From: Deltaproteobacteria bacterium
GTDB lineage: Bacteria > CG2-30-53-67
Direction of reading: 5' to 3'
Assembly: GCA_013151235.1 (NCBI GenBank)
Contig: JAADIO010000002.1
Span: forward strand, 62,001-105,368
DNA: 43,368 bases
Under the pieces are notes generated by a model, which did not search any database, was not told the origin of the DNA, and saw nothing but the letters and a program-made list of their open reading frames with translations. Below, piece after piece: positions 11,205 through 20,066 of this stretch. Position numbers and translations under genes: made by a program. Numbering within the stretch: position 1 is the stretch's first letter; each line of letters begins with the position of its first letter.

Positions 11205-11705
11205 ATGGCTGCACAAAACACCAACCTGGTCCTTTACGAAGAGGATGTTGTCAGGATAGAAGAAGAGATCGCCAGACTTCGTCAACAGACAAACTCCAAC
11301 CTTATTTTTCTGGTGGACCGGGACGGCCAGTTGATCGCTTCCTGTGGGGACAAGGAAGACCTCGATACCACGTCGCTTGCTTCTCTGACGGCGGGGAATA
11401 TCGCCGCCACGGGAGGGATGGCAAAACTCATTGGGGAAAAAGAGTTTTCCATTCTCTTTCATGAGGGGGAGCGGGACAATATTCACATCTCTATTATCGC
11501 CAAACGGGTGATTCTCGTGATCATTTTCGACCAGCGTTCTTCCCTTGGCATTGTCCGTCTCCGGGTCAAAAAAAGCTCGGAGACCCTGGCCCGTATTTTT
11601 GAAGAGGTCCAGCAGAAGAAAGAGAAAGAGGGACAGGACGCGGACGGCCTCGGCTCACCGTTGGAAGAAATTACCGATGAAGATATAGACCGGCTTTTCG
11701 GGTAA
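11205..11705 (+). CDS. mglB: Roadblock/LC7 protein MglB (GAP for MglA)
   Basis: FLVDRDGQLIA, DTTSLASLTAGNIAATGGMAKLIGEKEF, SSLGIVRLRVKK, ITDEDID match myxobacterial MglB; directly upstream of mglA. Confidence 0.92.
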   Translation: MAAQNTNLVLYEEDVVRIEEEIARLRQQTNSNLIFLVDRDGQLIASCGDKEDLDTTSLASLTAGNIAATGGMAKLIGEKEFSILFHEGERDNIHISIIAKRVILVIIFDQRSSLGIVRLRVKKSSETLARIFEEVQQKKEKEGQDADGLGSPLEEITDEDIDRLFG

Positions 11706-11730
11706 GCAAACCAACGATTAGAGGGTAAGC

Positions 11731-12324
11731 ATGTCTTTCATCAACTATTCCTCCCGAGAGATCAACTGCAAGATTGTTTACTACGGTCCGGGCCTGGGCG
11801 GCAAGACCACGAACATCCAGTATATCTACGACAAGACCAATCCCGAGGCCAAGGGGAAGATGATTTCCCTTGCCACGGAAACGGAACGGACCCTCTTCTT
11901 CGATTTTCTCCCGCTGGCTCTTGGGACGATCCGGGGGTTCAAGACCCGCTTTCATCTCTATACCGTTCCGGGGCAGGTCTTCTACGATGCCAGCCGGAAG
12001 CTGATCTTGAAAGGGGTCGACGGCGTGGTTTTTGTGGCCGACTCGCAACTGGAGCGGATGGATGCCAATATGGAAAGCGTTGAGAACCTGAAAGAAAACC
12101 TCATGGAGCAGGGGTATGACTTGGCCAAAATCCCCTATGTGGTTCAGTTCAATAAGCGGGACCTGGACAATGTCGCCACCGTGGAGGAACTGCAGAAGGC
12201 CCTGAACCCGATGCAGGTTCCGTGGTTTGAGGCGGTTGCTCCCGGTGGAAGCGGAGTTTTTGAGACCCTCAAGGCTGTGGCGAAGCAGGTCCTCATGCAG
12301 TTGAAAAACGGCGGAGGGAACTGA
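11731..12324 (+). CDS. mglA: Small GTPase MglA
   Basis: [48 protein letters not shown]. Confidence 0.96.
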   Translation: MSFINYSSREINCKIVYYGPGLGGKTTNIQYIYDKTNPEAKGKMISLATETERTLFFDFLPLALGTIRGFKTRFHLYTVPGQVFYDASRKLILKGVDGVVFVADSQLERMDANMESVENLKENLMEQGYDLAKIPYVVQFNKRDLDNVATVEELQKALNPMQVPWFEAVAPGGSGVFETLKAVAKQVLMQLKNGGGN

Positions 12325-12389
12325 AAAAAAATCCCAGGGCAAAACCGGCGTGCATTACGCCCGCTTTTTTTGAACGGTTAAGGTGCTTG

Positions 12390-13463
12390 TCATTTTCTCG
12401 ATAACCTTGAAATATTCTGTCGGTGCAGTTTTTCCCGGAGTTTCTTCAGCCGGTCGATTCCCCCTTTGATACGAAAGACCTCTTCCATCATTGCCTGGGT
12501 ATTATCGGCCCCGGCAAAAGCCCAGTCCACCTCTTCCTCTTCATGGACCTGGAAATCCCCCCGGTTGTTTTCATTACGCAGGAGATGTTCGATGACCGGT
12601 CGTGCAGCGGTTACAAGGGTTTCCAGAAACCAGATCTCCTGCTCCGTGAAGGGGGTGTTGCTCCGGGCGGAACAGAGCAGGAGTGTCCCGACGCTTTCAT
12701 CTTCGGCAAGCACCGGGACAAGAACCAGCGACCGATAAGGTGTCTCTTTGAGATACCGCCGAACGAAGACCATGATCGGCTCCGTTCCAACATCGGGGAT
12801 TACCAACATCTCCCGGCTGTTTAAGACCTCAATCATCTCCGGATACCTTTGCAGATCGATCTTAAGGTGCTGTAGCGCCGGGTTGTCACTGGAAGCTTCG
12901 ACAATACCGGTCTTCCGGTCTTCATAAACGCGGACAAAAGAACATCGGTCGACCCCCATAATTTCAGCCACATTCAGTACCAGCGTAAAGAGCATGTCAT
13001 GAACCGTTTCTTTCGCATAGAGGGAGTGGATCATCTCCTGGATCAGGTAGAGTCCTTCCCTTTCACTGCTCAACCGGGCGAACCGTTCCCACAACTCCAA
13101 TTGCCGTTCCACCCGGGCCAGCAGATCGAGCCTTTCCACCGGTTTTGCGATCAAATCGTCCGCTCCCGACTGCAAACCCTCCAGGGTACAGAGGTCTTTC
13201 TGCTCTGCAGCCATCAGGATCAACGGGATCTCCTGCATGGACGGAATCATTCGTAACTGCCGACAGAGGTGGAGACCATCCATTCGCGGCAGCTCGGTGG
13301 CGGCCAGCACCAGGTCCGGCTGGAAGCGAATCAACTTCTGCAGACCTTCTACCCCGTCAGAGGCTTCTTCCAGAGAATAGGGATAGGCGGACATGATCTC
13401 CCGGATGCGGCTCCGTGCACGGGTATCGGAGTCAATGACGAGAATGCGGGTATAATCGATCAT
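12390..13463 (-). CDS. Atypical response-regulator receiver plus GAF domain protein
   Basis: ILVID, ASDGVEGL, LPRMDG, GADDLIAKP receiver fold, then a GAF domain (VDRCSFV, RSLVLVPV, FTEQEI). ATG at 13463 follows GGAGA; the longer track start runs into the riboswitch. Confidence 0.8.
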   Translation of the reverse strand: MIDYTRILVIDSDTRARSRIREIMSAYPYSLEEASDGVEGLQKLIRFQPDLVLAATELPRMDGLHLCRQLRMIPSMQEIPLILMAAEQKDLCTLEGLQSGADDLIAKPVERLDLLARVERQLELWERFARLSSEREGLYLIQEMIHSLYAKETVHDMLFTLVLNVAEIMGVDRCSFVRVYEDRKTGIVEASSDNPALQHLKIDLQRYPEMIEVLNSREMLVIPDVGTEPIMVFVRRYLKETPYRSLVLVPVLAEDESVGTLLLCSARSNTPFTEQEIWFLETLVTAARPVIEHLLRNENNRGDFQVHEEEEVDWAFAGADNTQAMMEEVFRIKGGIDRLKKLREKLHRQNISRLSRK

Positions 13464-13594
13464 AGCGGTCTCTCCATTGCTATTCGGATCGAAACACGGG
13501 AGTGAATCGAATTCACCGGAAACCTGATGATACGAAAGAGATCTTTCGGATGGATGAGAAATGAATGGAATGAAATTATCGGAGGTGTTTGCAT

Positions 13595-13684
13595 CACTTA
13601 TTTTCGGCAATCGACCAACCATTTAAGGTTGTCGACTTTGCGCCCCGTCCTTTCGGAAACCGGTTAGCCATTTTCGTTATAATG
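13595..13684 (-). ncRNA. Candidate c-di-GMP-I (GEMM-I) riboswitch aptamer
   Basis: Minus strand reads CGAAAATGGCTAACCGGTTTCC-GAAA-GGACGGGGCGCAAAG-TCGACAACCTTAAATGGTTGGTCGAT-TGCCGAA: GAAA-capped P2, GCGCAAAG junction, P3 stem, TGCCGAA 3' end; lies in the 5' UTR of the REC-GAF gene. Confidence 0.72.
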
Positions 13685-13692
13685 ATATTTTA

Positions 13693-13721
13693 AGTATAGC
13701 TTATTTGATGCGGCTGGACAA
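13693..13721 (-). promoter_or_regulatory. Sigma70-type promoter for the riboswitch/REC-GAF transcript
   Basis: TTGTCC-N17-TATACT on the minus strand, placing the start just 5' of the aptamer. Confidence 0.6.
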
Positions 13722-13981
13722 TTAAATTAATGCCGGGTTTCTGTCGCCTTCGGAGGTCCCACAAAGCAGAAAGATCGGCATTTTATAAATAATTTTATAA
13801 ACGAAATCAATGAGATAGATGAATCACGCCGGAAATCGCAGGTTTGTCATTATTCTGGGGAGGAATCTTGCAAATTCAATGGTTTTTTTTGAGTTGTAGC
13901 GGATCGTTTTCTGAGATATGAATGGAGAAAAAGTTCAGTCGAAGAGGTGAAGAGATGGATTTCAGAACCCGGGAAGGACGG

Positions 13982-14827
13982 ATGGAAGCTCTCGTACTCA
14001 GGAACAGTCGTCCAGCCTGGATTATGCTGTTGGTCCTCCTTCTGTTATTCTGTATGGCGATCAAATCCGCCGGGGCAATCCCTCTGCCGAATGAGGCCTG
14101 GGGAAAACTGTTGGCCGGGTTTGTGCATGAAGGTCGTGTCGACTACGATGGGATCGAAGCTCACCCTGCACTTCTTCAGCAGAGCCTGAAGGAGTTTTCC
14201 CGAATTACCCGCCGGGTATATGATAAATGGTCCAGGGAACAACAGCTCGCCCACTGGATCAACGCCTACAATCTTTTCACCGTCAAGGCGGTTGTTGATC
14301 ATTATCCGCCGAAGGGATGGAACTTCCTTTACCCAAGGATCAGTATTCGTCAGATCAGCCGGGTCTGGGACCGGAAGGAATACCGCACAGCGGGAGAACG
14401 GCTCTCCCTGAACCGGATTGAGCATCAAATCCTTCGTCCTCTCTTCCGGGAACCGAGAGTCCACTTTGCCTTGGTCTGTGCCTCCCTGGGGTGTCCCCCC
14501 CTCCCTGCTCAACCCTATACCGGGGAGAACCTGGAGGTCATGCTCAACCGGCAGGTGAGGATCTATCTTGACGATACCGACCATGGACTTCACTGGGACC
14601 CTGCCACGCGGACACTCTCCCTGTCACAAATTTTCTCCTGGTTCGGGGAAGACTTCCGGGGTTACACGGAAAGACACCGCCTCTTCAGAGCTCTGCCGGC
14701 AAAACAGAGAAATGCTCTGAATTTCGTGTGGGAATACCTTCCGGAGCGGATCAGGAAATCGTTGACAGCGGAACCGTTCCGGATACATTATATGAAATAT
14801 GACTGGTCCCTGAATGGCCGTCCATAA
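13982..14827 (+). CDS. Exported DUF547 domain protein
   Basis: Signal-like hydrophobic N-terminus; LAHWINAYN, RVHFALVCASLGCPPL, LSQIFSWFGEDF, YDWSLN. Start may be 13922-14023. Confidence 0.85.
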   Translation: MEALVLRNSRPAWIMLLVLLLLFCMAIKSAGAIPLPNEAWGKLLAGFVHEGRVDYDGIEAHPALLQQSLKEFSRITRRVYDKWSREQQLAHWINAYNLFTVKAVVDHYPPKGWNFLYPRISIRQISRVWDRKEYRTAGERLSLNRIEHQILRPLFREPRVHFALVCASLGCPPLPAQPYTGENLEVMLNRQVRIYLDDTDHGLHWDPATRTLSLSQIFSWFGEDFRGYTERHRLFRALPAKQRNALNFVWEYLPERIRKSLTAEPFRIHYMKYDWSLNGRP

Positions 14828-14886
14828 TGACTCTTTCTTAATTTGCCCGATTACGGAAACCACCATCGTCGAAAAGGGACGATCCC

Positions 14887-16902
14887 TTGACGGAACCATT
14901 GATCCAATCACAAATCCATTTCGGCCGGGAGGTTCTGAGCGATTTTTCCCGGTCAACCGCACTGGAATGGATTGAAACGAACGGGCTGGGCGGTTATGCT
15001 TCCTCCACGGTGGTCGGTGCAAACACCCGCCGTTATCACGGCCTTCTCGTTGCCGGCGGCGAGGGGTTCTCCCGTTACGTCCTCCTCTCCAAACTGGAAG
15101 ACTTTCTCATTACCCGCGGCATTCGATACAACCTGAGCAGCAATCAATACCGGGAGACGATCCATCCCGGCGGACATCTGCTGCTCGACGGTTTCGACCG
15201 TTATCCCTTTCCGACCTTTCATTACGATCTGGAGGGAGTACGGATCAAAAAGGAAATTTTCCTCCCCTACGGCCAGGAGACCGTGGTTATTCTCTACACG
15301 ATGCTGAGTCCGGGGAGAGCGGGGAGGCTCCATGTCCGTCCGCTCATTGCCTTCCGCGATGCTCATGCCCTGACCCGCGAAAACCCGGTTCTGGACAATA
15401 CCGTCATCATGGGAACCGGCAAGGTTTCGATTCATCCCTATCCGGGAATGCCGACACTGACCTTTTACCATCACCGGGGGACCTTTGCCGGTCCATCCTA
15501 CTGGTACCGGGATTTTCATTACCCCCGGGAACGGGAGCGCGGCCTGGAAGATGTGGAGGATCTTTTCAGCCCGGGTGAGTTCGTTCTGCCTCTTACCAAC
15601 AACCATCCGATTGCCCTTGTCATTACCGCCGGGGAGAGTGACCCGCAGTCCGCACACCTCCTGCGGGAAAAGGAACTCCAACGGAGACGGGACCTTCTCC
15701 TTTCCCTGCCCGTGCGAGACGAGGTCACCGAGTTACTGACGCTGGCCGCTGACCAGTTTTTCGTTCGGAGCCGATCTCATCGAAGTACCGTGATTGCCGG
15801 TTATCCCTGGTTTGCCGACGGGGGCCGGGAGACGCTGATCAGTTTGCAGGGACTGGCCCTCTGTACCGGACGTCACCGGGATGCCCGGGCGATTCTCCGG
15901 GTCACGGCCCGGAGAATACAGGACGGACTGGTTCCCAACCGGACTTTGGAGGGGACCGGAGAAGCGGACTACCGGGCAGCGGACGCTTCGCTCCATTTTC
16001 TGATTGCCGTCGACCGGTATCTTTGTGCAACACGGGACGGGGACTTGTTGAAGGAACTTTTTCCGGTTATGGAAAAGATCGTAGCAGCCTACCGTCAGGG
16101 AACTCGTTACGGGATTGCCATGGATGCCGGCGACAAGCTACTCCATGCCGGAGTGCCGGGTCTTCCCGTAACCTGGATGGACGCGAAACTGGAAGATTGG
16201 GTCGTTACCCCCCGTCAGGGGAAGGCGGTCGAGATCAATGCCCTCTGGCATCATGCACTGCAACGTATGGCGGCCTGGTCGGACGGTCTTGGAATTTCAA
16301 GAGACTATGGTTGGCTCGCGGAAGAGGTTCGCCGTAATTTTGCCCGACGTTTCTGGTATGCCGAGGGGGGCTATCTCTATGACGTGATTGATACCGACAA
16401 CGGACCCGATGCGTCCTTTCGGCCGAACCAGATTACGGCCCTGGCATTGGCTCCTCCTCTGATCGGGCAGGAGCGGGGGAGGGGCATCCTGAAGGCGGTA
16501 CGCCGACGGCTGCTTACCCCGTTCGGACTGCGCAGTCTTGATCCCGAGGATTCCGCTTACCGGAAGCATTACGAAGGGAGCCCCTGGGAACGGGACAGCG
16601 CCTACCACCAGGGAACGGTCTGGCCCTGGTGGATGGGTCCCTTAACTGATGCCTTTCTCCGGTATTGTCCGGAGGAGCTGAATTCTTCCTGGCTCAACCC
16701 GTTGATCGGGCAACTTTCGGTTTACGGAGTCGGAACGATCGGTGAAGTCTTCGACGGTGATCCCCCCTACCATCCGGGGGGCTGCATCGCCCAGGCCTGG
16801 AGCGTGGCGGAACTTCTGCGGAGCTATCTCTCTCTTCAAGATGTCTTCGGGGGGAAGGGGATGAAAAAAAGTTCTGTTGCGTCCCCCTCGGTTTTGAGTT
16901 AG
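14887..16902 (+). CDS. Amylo-alpha-1,6-glucosidase / glycogen debranching enzyme (GDE_N + GDE_C)
   Basis: EWIETNGLGGYASST, TRRYHGLL, IAGYPWF, TWMDAK, FRPNQ, YHQGTVWPW, AQAWSVAE. Confidence 0.9.
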   Translation: MTEPLIQSQIHFGREVLSDFSRSTALEWIETNGLGGYASSTVVGANTRRYHGLLVAGGEGFSRYVLLSKLEDFLITRGIRYNLSSNQYRETIHPGGHLLLDGFDRYPFPTFHYDLEGVRIKKEIFLPYGQETVVILYTMLSPGRAGRLHVRPLIAFRDAHALTRENPVLDNTVIMGTGKVSIHPYPGMPTLTFYHHRGTFAGPSYWYRDFHYPRERERGLEDVEDLFSPGEFVLPLTNNHPIALVITAGESDPQSAHLLREKELQRRRDLLLSLPVRDEVTELLTLAADQFFVRSRSHRSTVIAGYPWFADGGRETLISLQGLALCTGRHRDARAILRVTARRIQDGLVPNRTLEGTGEADYRAADASLHFLIAVDRYLCATRDGDLLKELFPVMEKIVAAYRQGTRYGIAMDAGDKLLHAGVPGLPVTWMDAKLEDWVVTPRQGKAVEINALWHHALQRMAAWSDGLGISRDYGWLAEEVRRNFARRFWYAEGGYLYDVIDTDNGPDASFRPNQITALALAPPLIGQERGRGILKAVRRRLLTPFGLRSLDPEDSAYRKHYEGSPWERDSAYHQGTVWPWWMGPLTDAFLRYCPEELNSSWLNPLIGQLSVYGVGTIGEVFDGDPPYHPGGCIAQAWSVAELLRSYLSLQDVFGGKGMKKSSVASPSVLS

Positions 16903-16976
16903 ACTGATCAATATAACCGTGTCATTCGATACGCTGGTCCCACCGTCAAGATCACCATATTTCAGGAGGTGTCCCC

Positions 16977-17486
16977 ATGTTTGAGCGTAAAGAAATCTTC
17001 CGGAAATCCGAATCGGGAAGCATCCCCATCCCCCGCACCCCTTCCTCCGATACGGGTTTATCCGCCAAGTCGGTCTTCATCGGCCAGTCAATCTTTATCA
17101 AGGGAGAACTGACCGGAAATGAAGACATGGCGATTGAAGGAAAAGTGGAAGGACATATTCGGCTCCAGGACCATAATGTCACGATCGGATCGAACGGAAC
17201 CATTGAAGCGGAGATCTTTGCCAAGAACATCACCATTATGGGAACGGTACAGGGAGATGTCCATGCGGAAAGTCTTGTGGAAATCAAGAAGACAGGAATG
17301 CTGACGGGTGACATTGTCGCTCCCCGCGTCATTATCGAAGACGGAGCCCGCTTCCGGGGCAGCATCGACATGGAAACACGGGCCTCCTCTGCGGGGTCGG
17401 GTTCTCCGAAGCAGGAGAGCAAGGGAAAAGAGAATACAGCCGCGCTTGCCATCGAAAACCTGAAAACAAAGGCGGAAGCCTCCTGA
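16977..17486 (+). CDS. Bactofilin (polymer-forming cytoskeletal protein)
   Basis: Beta-helical repeats IGQSIFIKGEL, IEGKVEGHI, GTVQGDV, GDIVAPRVIIEDGARFRGSIDM; AGGAGG RBS. Confidence 0.9.
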   Translation: MFERKEIFRKSESGSIPIPRTPSSDTGLSAKSVFIGQSIFIKGELTGNEDMAIEGKVEGHIRLQDHNVTIGSNGTIEAEIFAKNITIMGTVQGDVHAESLVEIKKTGMLTGDIVAPRVIIEDGARFRGSIDMETRASSAGSGSPKQESKGKENTAALAIENLKTKAEAS

Positions 17487-17544
17487 CCGGGGTCTCCGGT
17501 AGATCCCGGCACGCTGATGTGCCATTACATGTCCGTCCCCTGGA

Positions 17545-18153
17545 ATGAGCTGGTTTCCTGTATCAAAAGTCCGGCATTGCACAACTTCAACGGCACCGAA
17601 AGGTCCCCTTCAGACCCCGTTGCGTACAGTGGAACGGTTCTGTACAATCCTGCATGAAGGCACACGTCCCGCGCTCCTTGACCTGGGCGCCCCGTGCAGT
17701 TCCAATATCAACTTCTTCGGGAAAAAAGGATTCAAGATCTTTGTGGAAGATTTTCTGCAGAACTACTGTGAAGCGGGACGGCGGCTCTCCGCTTTGCCGC
17801 AACTCTTAAATTACTCCACGGCGGCTTTCGAGGGGGTTTTCTGCTGGGACATCTTTGATTTTCTGCACCCCGACGATTCTCCCCGAATGGCTGAACGCCT
17901 GCATGCTCTTCTGAAACCTTCGGGGGGACTCCTGGCCCTCTTTTACAGCCGTGATGATCGGATTCCACGAACGATCTTCCGTCACAAACTCACAGACAGC
18001 GGGCAGGTCCTGCACGAAGCCGTTTCGGGAATGGGGGCTCAAGGGCATCGGTATGCAAACCGGGAGATCATGCGGATTTTCTCCGCGTTTGATATCGACA
18101 AATCCTTTCACCACAAGAGCGGGTACAGGGAATATCTTTTTCGCAAACGATAG
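17545..18153 (+). CDS. Class I SAM-dependent methyltransferase-like protein
   Basis: LLDLGA, FEGVFCWDIFDFL, LLKPSGGLL motifs. Confidence 0.65.
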   Translation: MSWFPVSKVRHCTTSTAPKGPLQTPLRTVERFCTILHEGTRPALLDLGAPCSSNINFFGKKGFKIFVEDFLQNYCEAGRRLSALPQLLNYSTAAFEGVFCWDIFDFLHPDDSPRMAERLHALLKPSGGLLALFYSRDDRIPRTIFRHKLTDSGQVLHEAVSGMGAQGHRYANREIMRIFSAFDIDKSFHHKSGYREYLFRKR

Positions 18154-18157
18154 AGGG

Positions 18158-19696
18158 TTATCGCGAGGGTGTCAGCCCCTTCTGAATCGTTGCCATCGTC
18201 TTGATCAAGGGACGATCGGCCCGGATGGCGGGAGGAAGCTGCTGTAGGATTACCTGTCCCTCGGATCGGTTTTCAAAAACCCCGACAAGAAGCGCATAGG
18301 CCTTCCTCTTCCCCTCTTGATAGGGGACGAGCATGGCATCCAGGCCGGACGGAAGCCGGTTCATGTCCTGTGCCAGGAGGGCAAGATTTTCCCCGACTTC
18401 CACCTGAATGGTGTATTCCGAAGGAGGAGTGTTCTGCAAACGCCGGGTCCATGCGGCCATCCGTGACGCCCGGGTGGGCGGAGAATTCTGCTCCTGCTGT
18501 GCCGCGATCGGCGAAGGTCTCAAAAGACGATCCATGAACTGTACCCGCCCGGGTGACAGGAAAAAGATCCCGATGCAGACGGCCAGAACCGTTAGAAAGA
18601 GATAAATCAAACCGGTATGGCTTCTATTCTCCGGGGTCTCTGGAGCCTCAACGGCTTCCTCTTCTCCGGAAGCCTCTCCATCCATGCCCTTTTTTGCCTT
18701 CTCTTCCGGGGCATTGACCGGCCTGGGGGGGATGGCTTCCTCCATGATCATTTTCTCCGTGGTCGGGGGAAGTTGATCCTGCGCCGGTTCCGTCGTGTCC
18801 GAGGCATGAATTCCCTCCGGCGAGACGAGAAAGTCGTTTCCGGCAACCGCTTGCTCTTCCTTTTCGTCTGTCGAATCATAGGAGGTCATTCCCAGGGAAC
18901 TCCGGGCCGATGCCGTCAGATCGACGACGTCTTCTTCTTCCTCCTTCCGGTCCTTCCGGAAAGGAAATTTAACCAGACTGTGACAGAAAAGAACGAGCAG
19001 GGTGCGCAGGGTCGTGGCGCGTTCCAGGCCGGTACTCTCCACAATCGCTTCAATGGAACGGACCCCGTCAATCCGCCGAATGACGGAAAGTTCTTCCGCC
19101 GTAAAGTTGAGTTTCTCATATTCCATGAAACGGTCTGTGGGAACGGGAGACTGAGAGAGATCACCGATCATTCTTCCAAGGGTTTCACTGTTCGGAATCT
19201 GCCGGATCCCGAACAGCAGCATATTCGAGAAGGAGACCTTGTAACAGTATAAATTCTGCGGCAGAGACCGTTCGTCAAAACGGAACCCCCCTTTCTGCAA
19301 GCCGAAGAGACTGAAAAGAATGGTCAGGAACTGACGCCGGGCATAAGCAAAGAGATCCTGTGCCGTAATTATCTCTTCCCGGAGGAGAACCGCCCCGAAA
19401 CTGTTTTTTGTTCCCCGCTGTGCCAGCAGGGTCTTTTCCTGCTCTTCCCGGGAGATCACCCGGCGGGCGATCAGAAACTCACCGAACAATTCCGACTTCA
19501 GGTTTGATCTGGCGGCCGTTGGTACGCCATTTTGCAGAAAGATCCGCTTAATCACCCGGTTACAGGTTACCGTCAAGACCCCGGTTTTTTTTGCGGCCTC
19601 CAGGTAGACCAGTAATTTCGGAAAATAGAAATGGTGAATATTCCCCCAGAGCAGAGCCTCCCGTTCGCTTACCTGTGCTTCAGGACCAAACCCCAT
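18158..19696 (-). CDS. DUF4388-domain membrane protein with acidic linker and C-terminal SPOR-like domain
   Basis: KKTGVLTV..KRIFLQNG..AARSN..FGEFL..GGFRF N-terminus; acidic Pro-rich linker; one TM helix (GLIYLFLTVLAVCIGIFFL); YTIQV..YALLVGVFENRSE SPOR-like end. Confidence 0.65.
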   Translation of the reverse strand: MGFGPEAQVSEREALLWGNIHHFYFPKLLVYLEAAKKTGVLTVTCNRVIKRIFLQNGVPTAARSNLKSELFGEFLIARRVISREEQEKTLLAQRGTKNSFGAVLLREEIITAQDLFAYARRQFLTILFSLFGLQKGGFRFDERSLPQNLYCYKVSFSNMLLFGIRQIPNSETLGRMIGDLSQSPVPTDRFMEYEKLNFTAEELSVIRRIDGVRSIEAIVESTGLERATTLRTLLVLFCHSLVKFPFRKDRKEEEEDVVDLTASARSSLGMTSYDSTDEKEEQAVAGNDFLVSPEGIHASDTTEPAQDQLPPTTEKMIMEEAIPPRPVNAPEEKAKKGMDGEASGEEEAVEAPETPENRSHTGLIYLFLTVLAVCIGIFFLSPGRVQFMDRLLRPSPIAAQQEQNSPPTRASRMAAWTRRLQNTPPSEYTIQVEVGENLALLAQDMNRLPSGLDAMLVPYQEGKRKAYALLVGVFENRSEGQVILQQLPPAIRADRPLIKTMATIQKGLTPSR

Positions 19697-19732
19697 CCGT
19701 CACCTCACTTGAAATCGGGACCCATCATCTTT

Positions 19733-19903
19733 GATGGTGTCGTAAAAAGTCGTTTTTCGGATTCCGTTCATGGTTCGACAGGCTACCGAGCATGGTGAGC
19801 CGGTCGAACCACACGAACGGAATATCAATGGTTCGCCCTGAGCACGCCTGTCCTGAGCTGGTCGAAGGGTCGAAGGGTCGAACGGACTTTTTACGACTTC
19901 ATC
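19733..19903. mobile_element. 171-bp MITE-like element with nested REP-like palindromes
   Basis: Terminal inverted repeats GATGGTGTCGTAAAAAGTC (19733-19751) and GACTTTTTACGACTTCATC (19885-19903), 17/19 match; flanking direct repeat ATCTTT at 19727-19732 and 19904-19909; no ORF. Confidence 0.75.
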
Positions 19904-20066
19904 ATCTTTGCTTGCGCGTCTAAACCTGATTGTTTATCCAAGAGGTACTTCTTGCAGTATTATTATAATTATATAACAGGTTGGCGATTCTGCCAATAAA
20001 TGGAATTCCGATAAAGGGGGACCCCCCCTCGGAGGAGGACATACGATTATGAAGGGGATGATTCTC

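Noticed and set aside
13464-13622. N-terminal extension of the REC-GAF ORF given by the track
   Set aside because: It starts inside the riboswitch and has no domain-like sequence; the ATG at 13463 has an RBS and begins the receiver fold.
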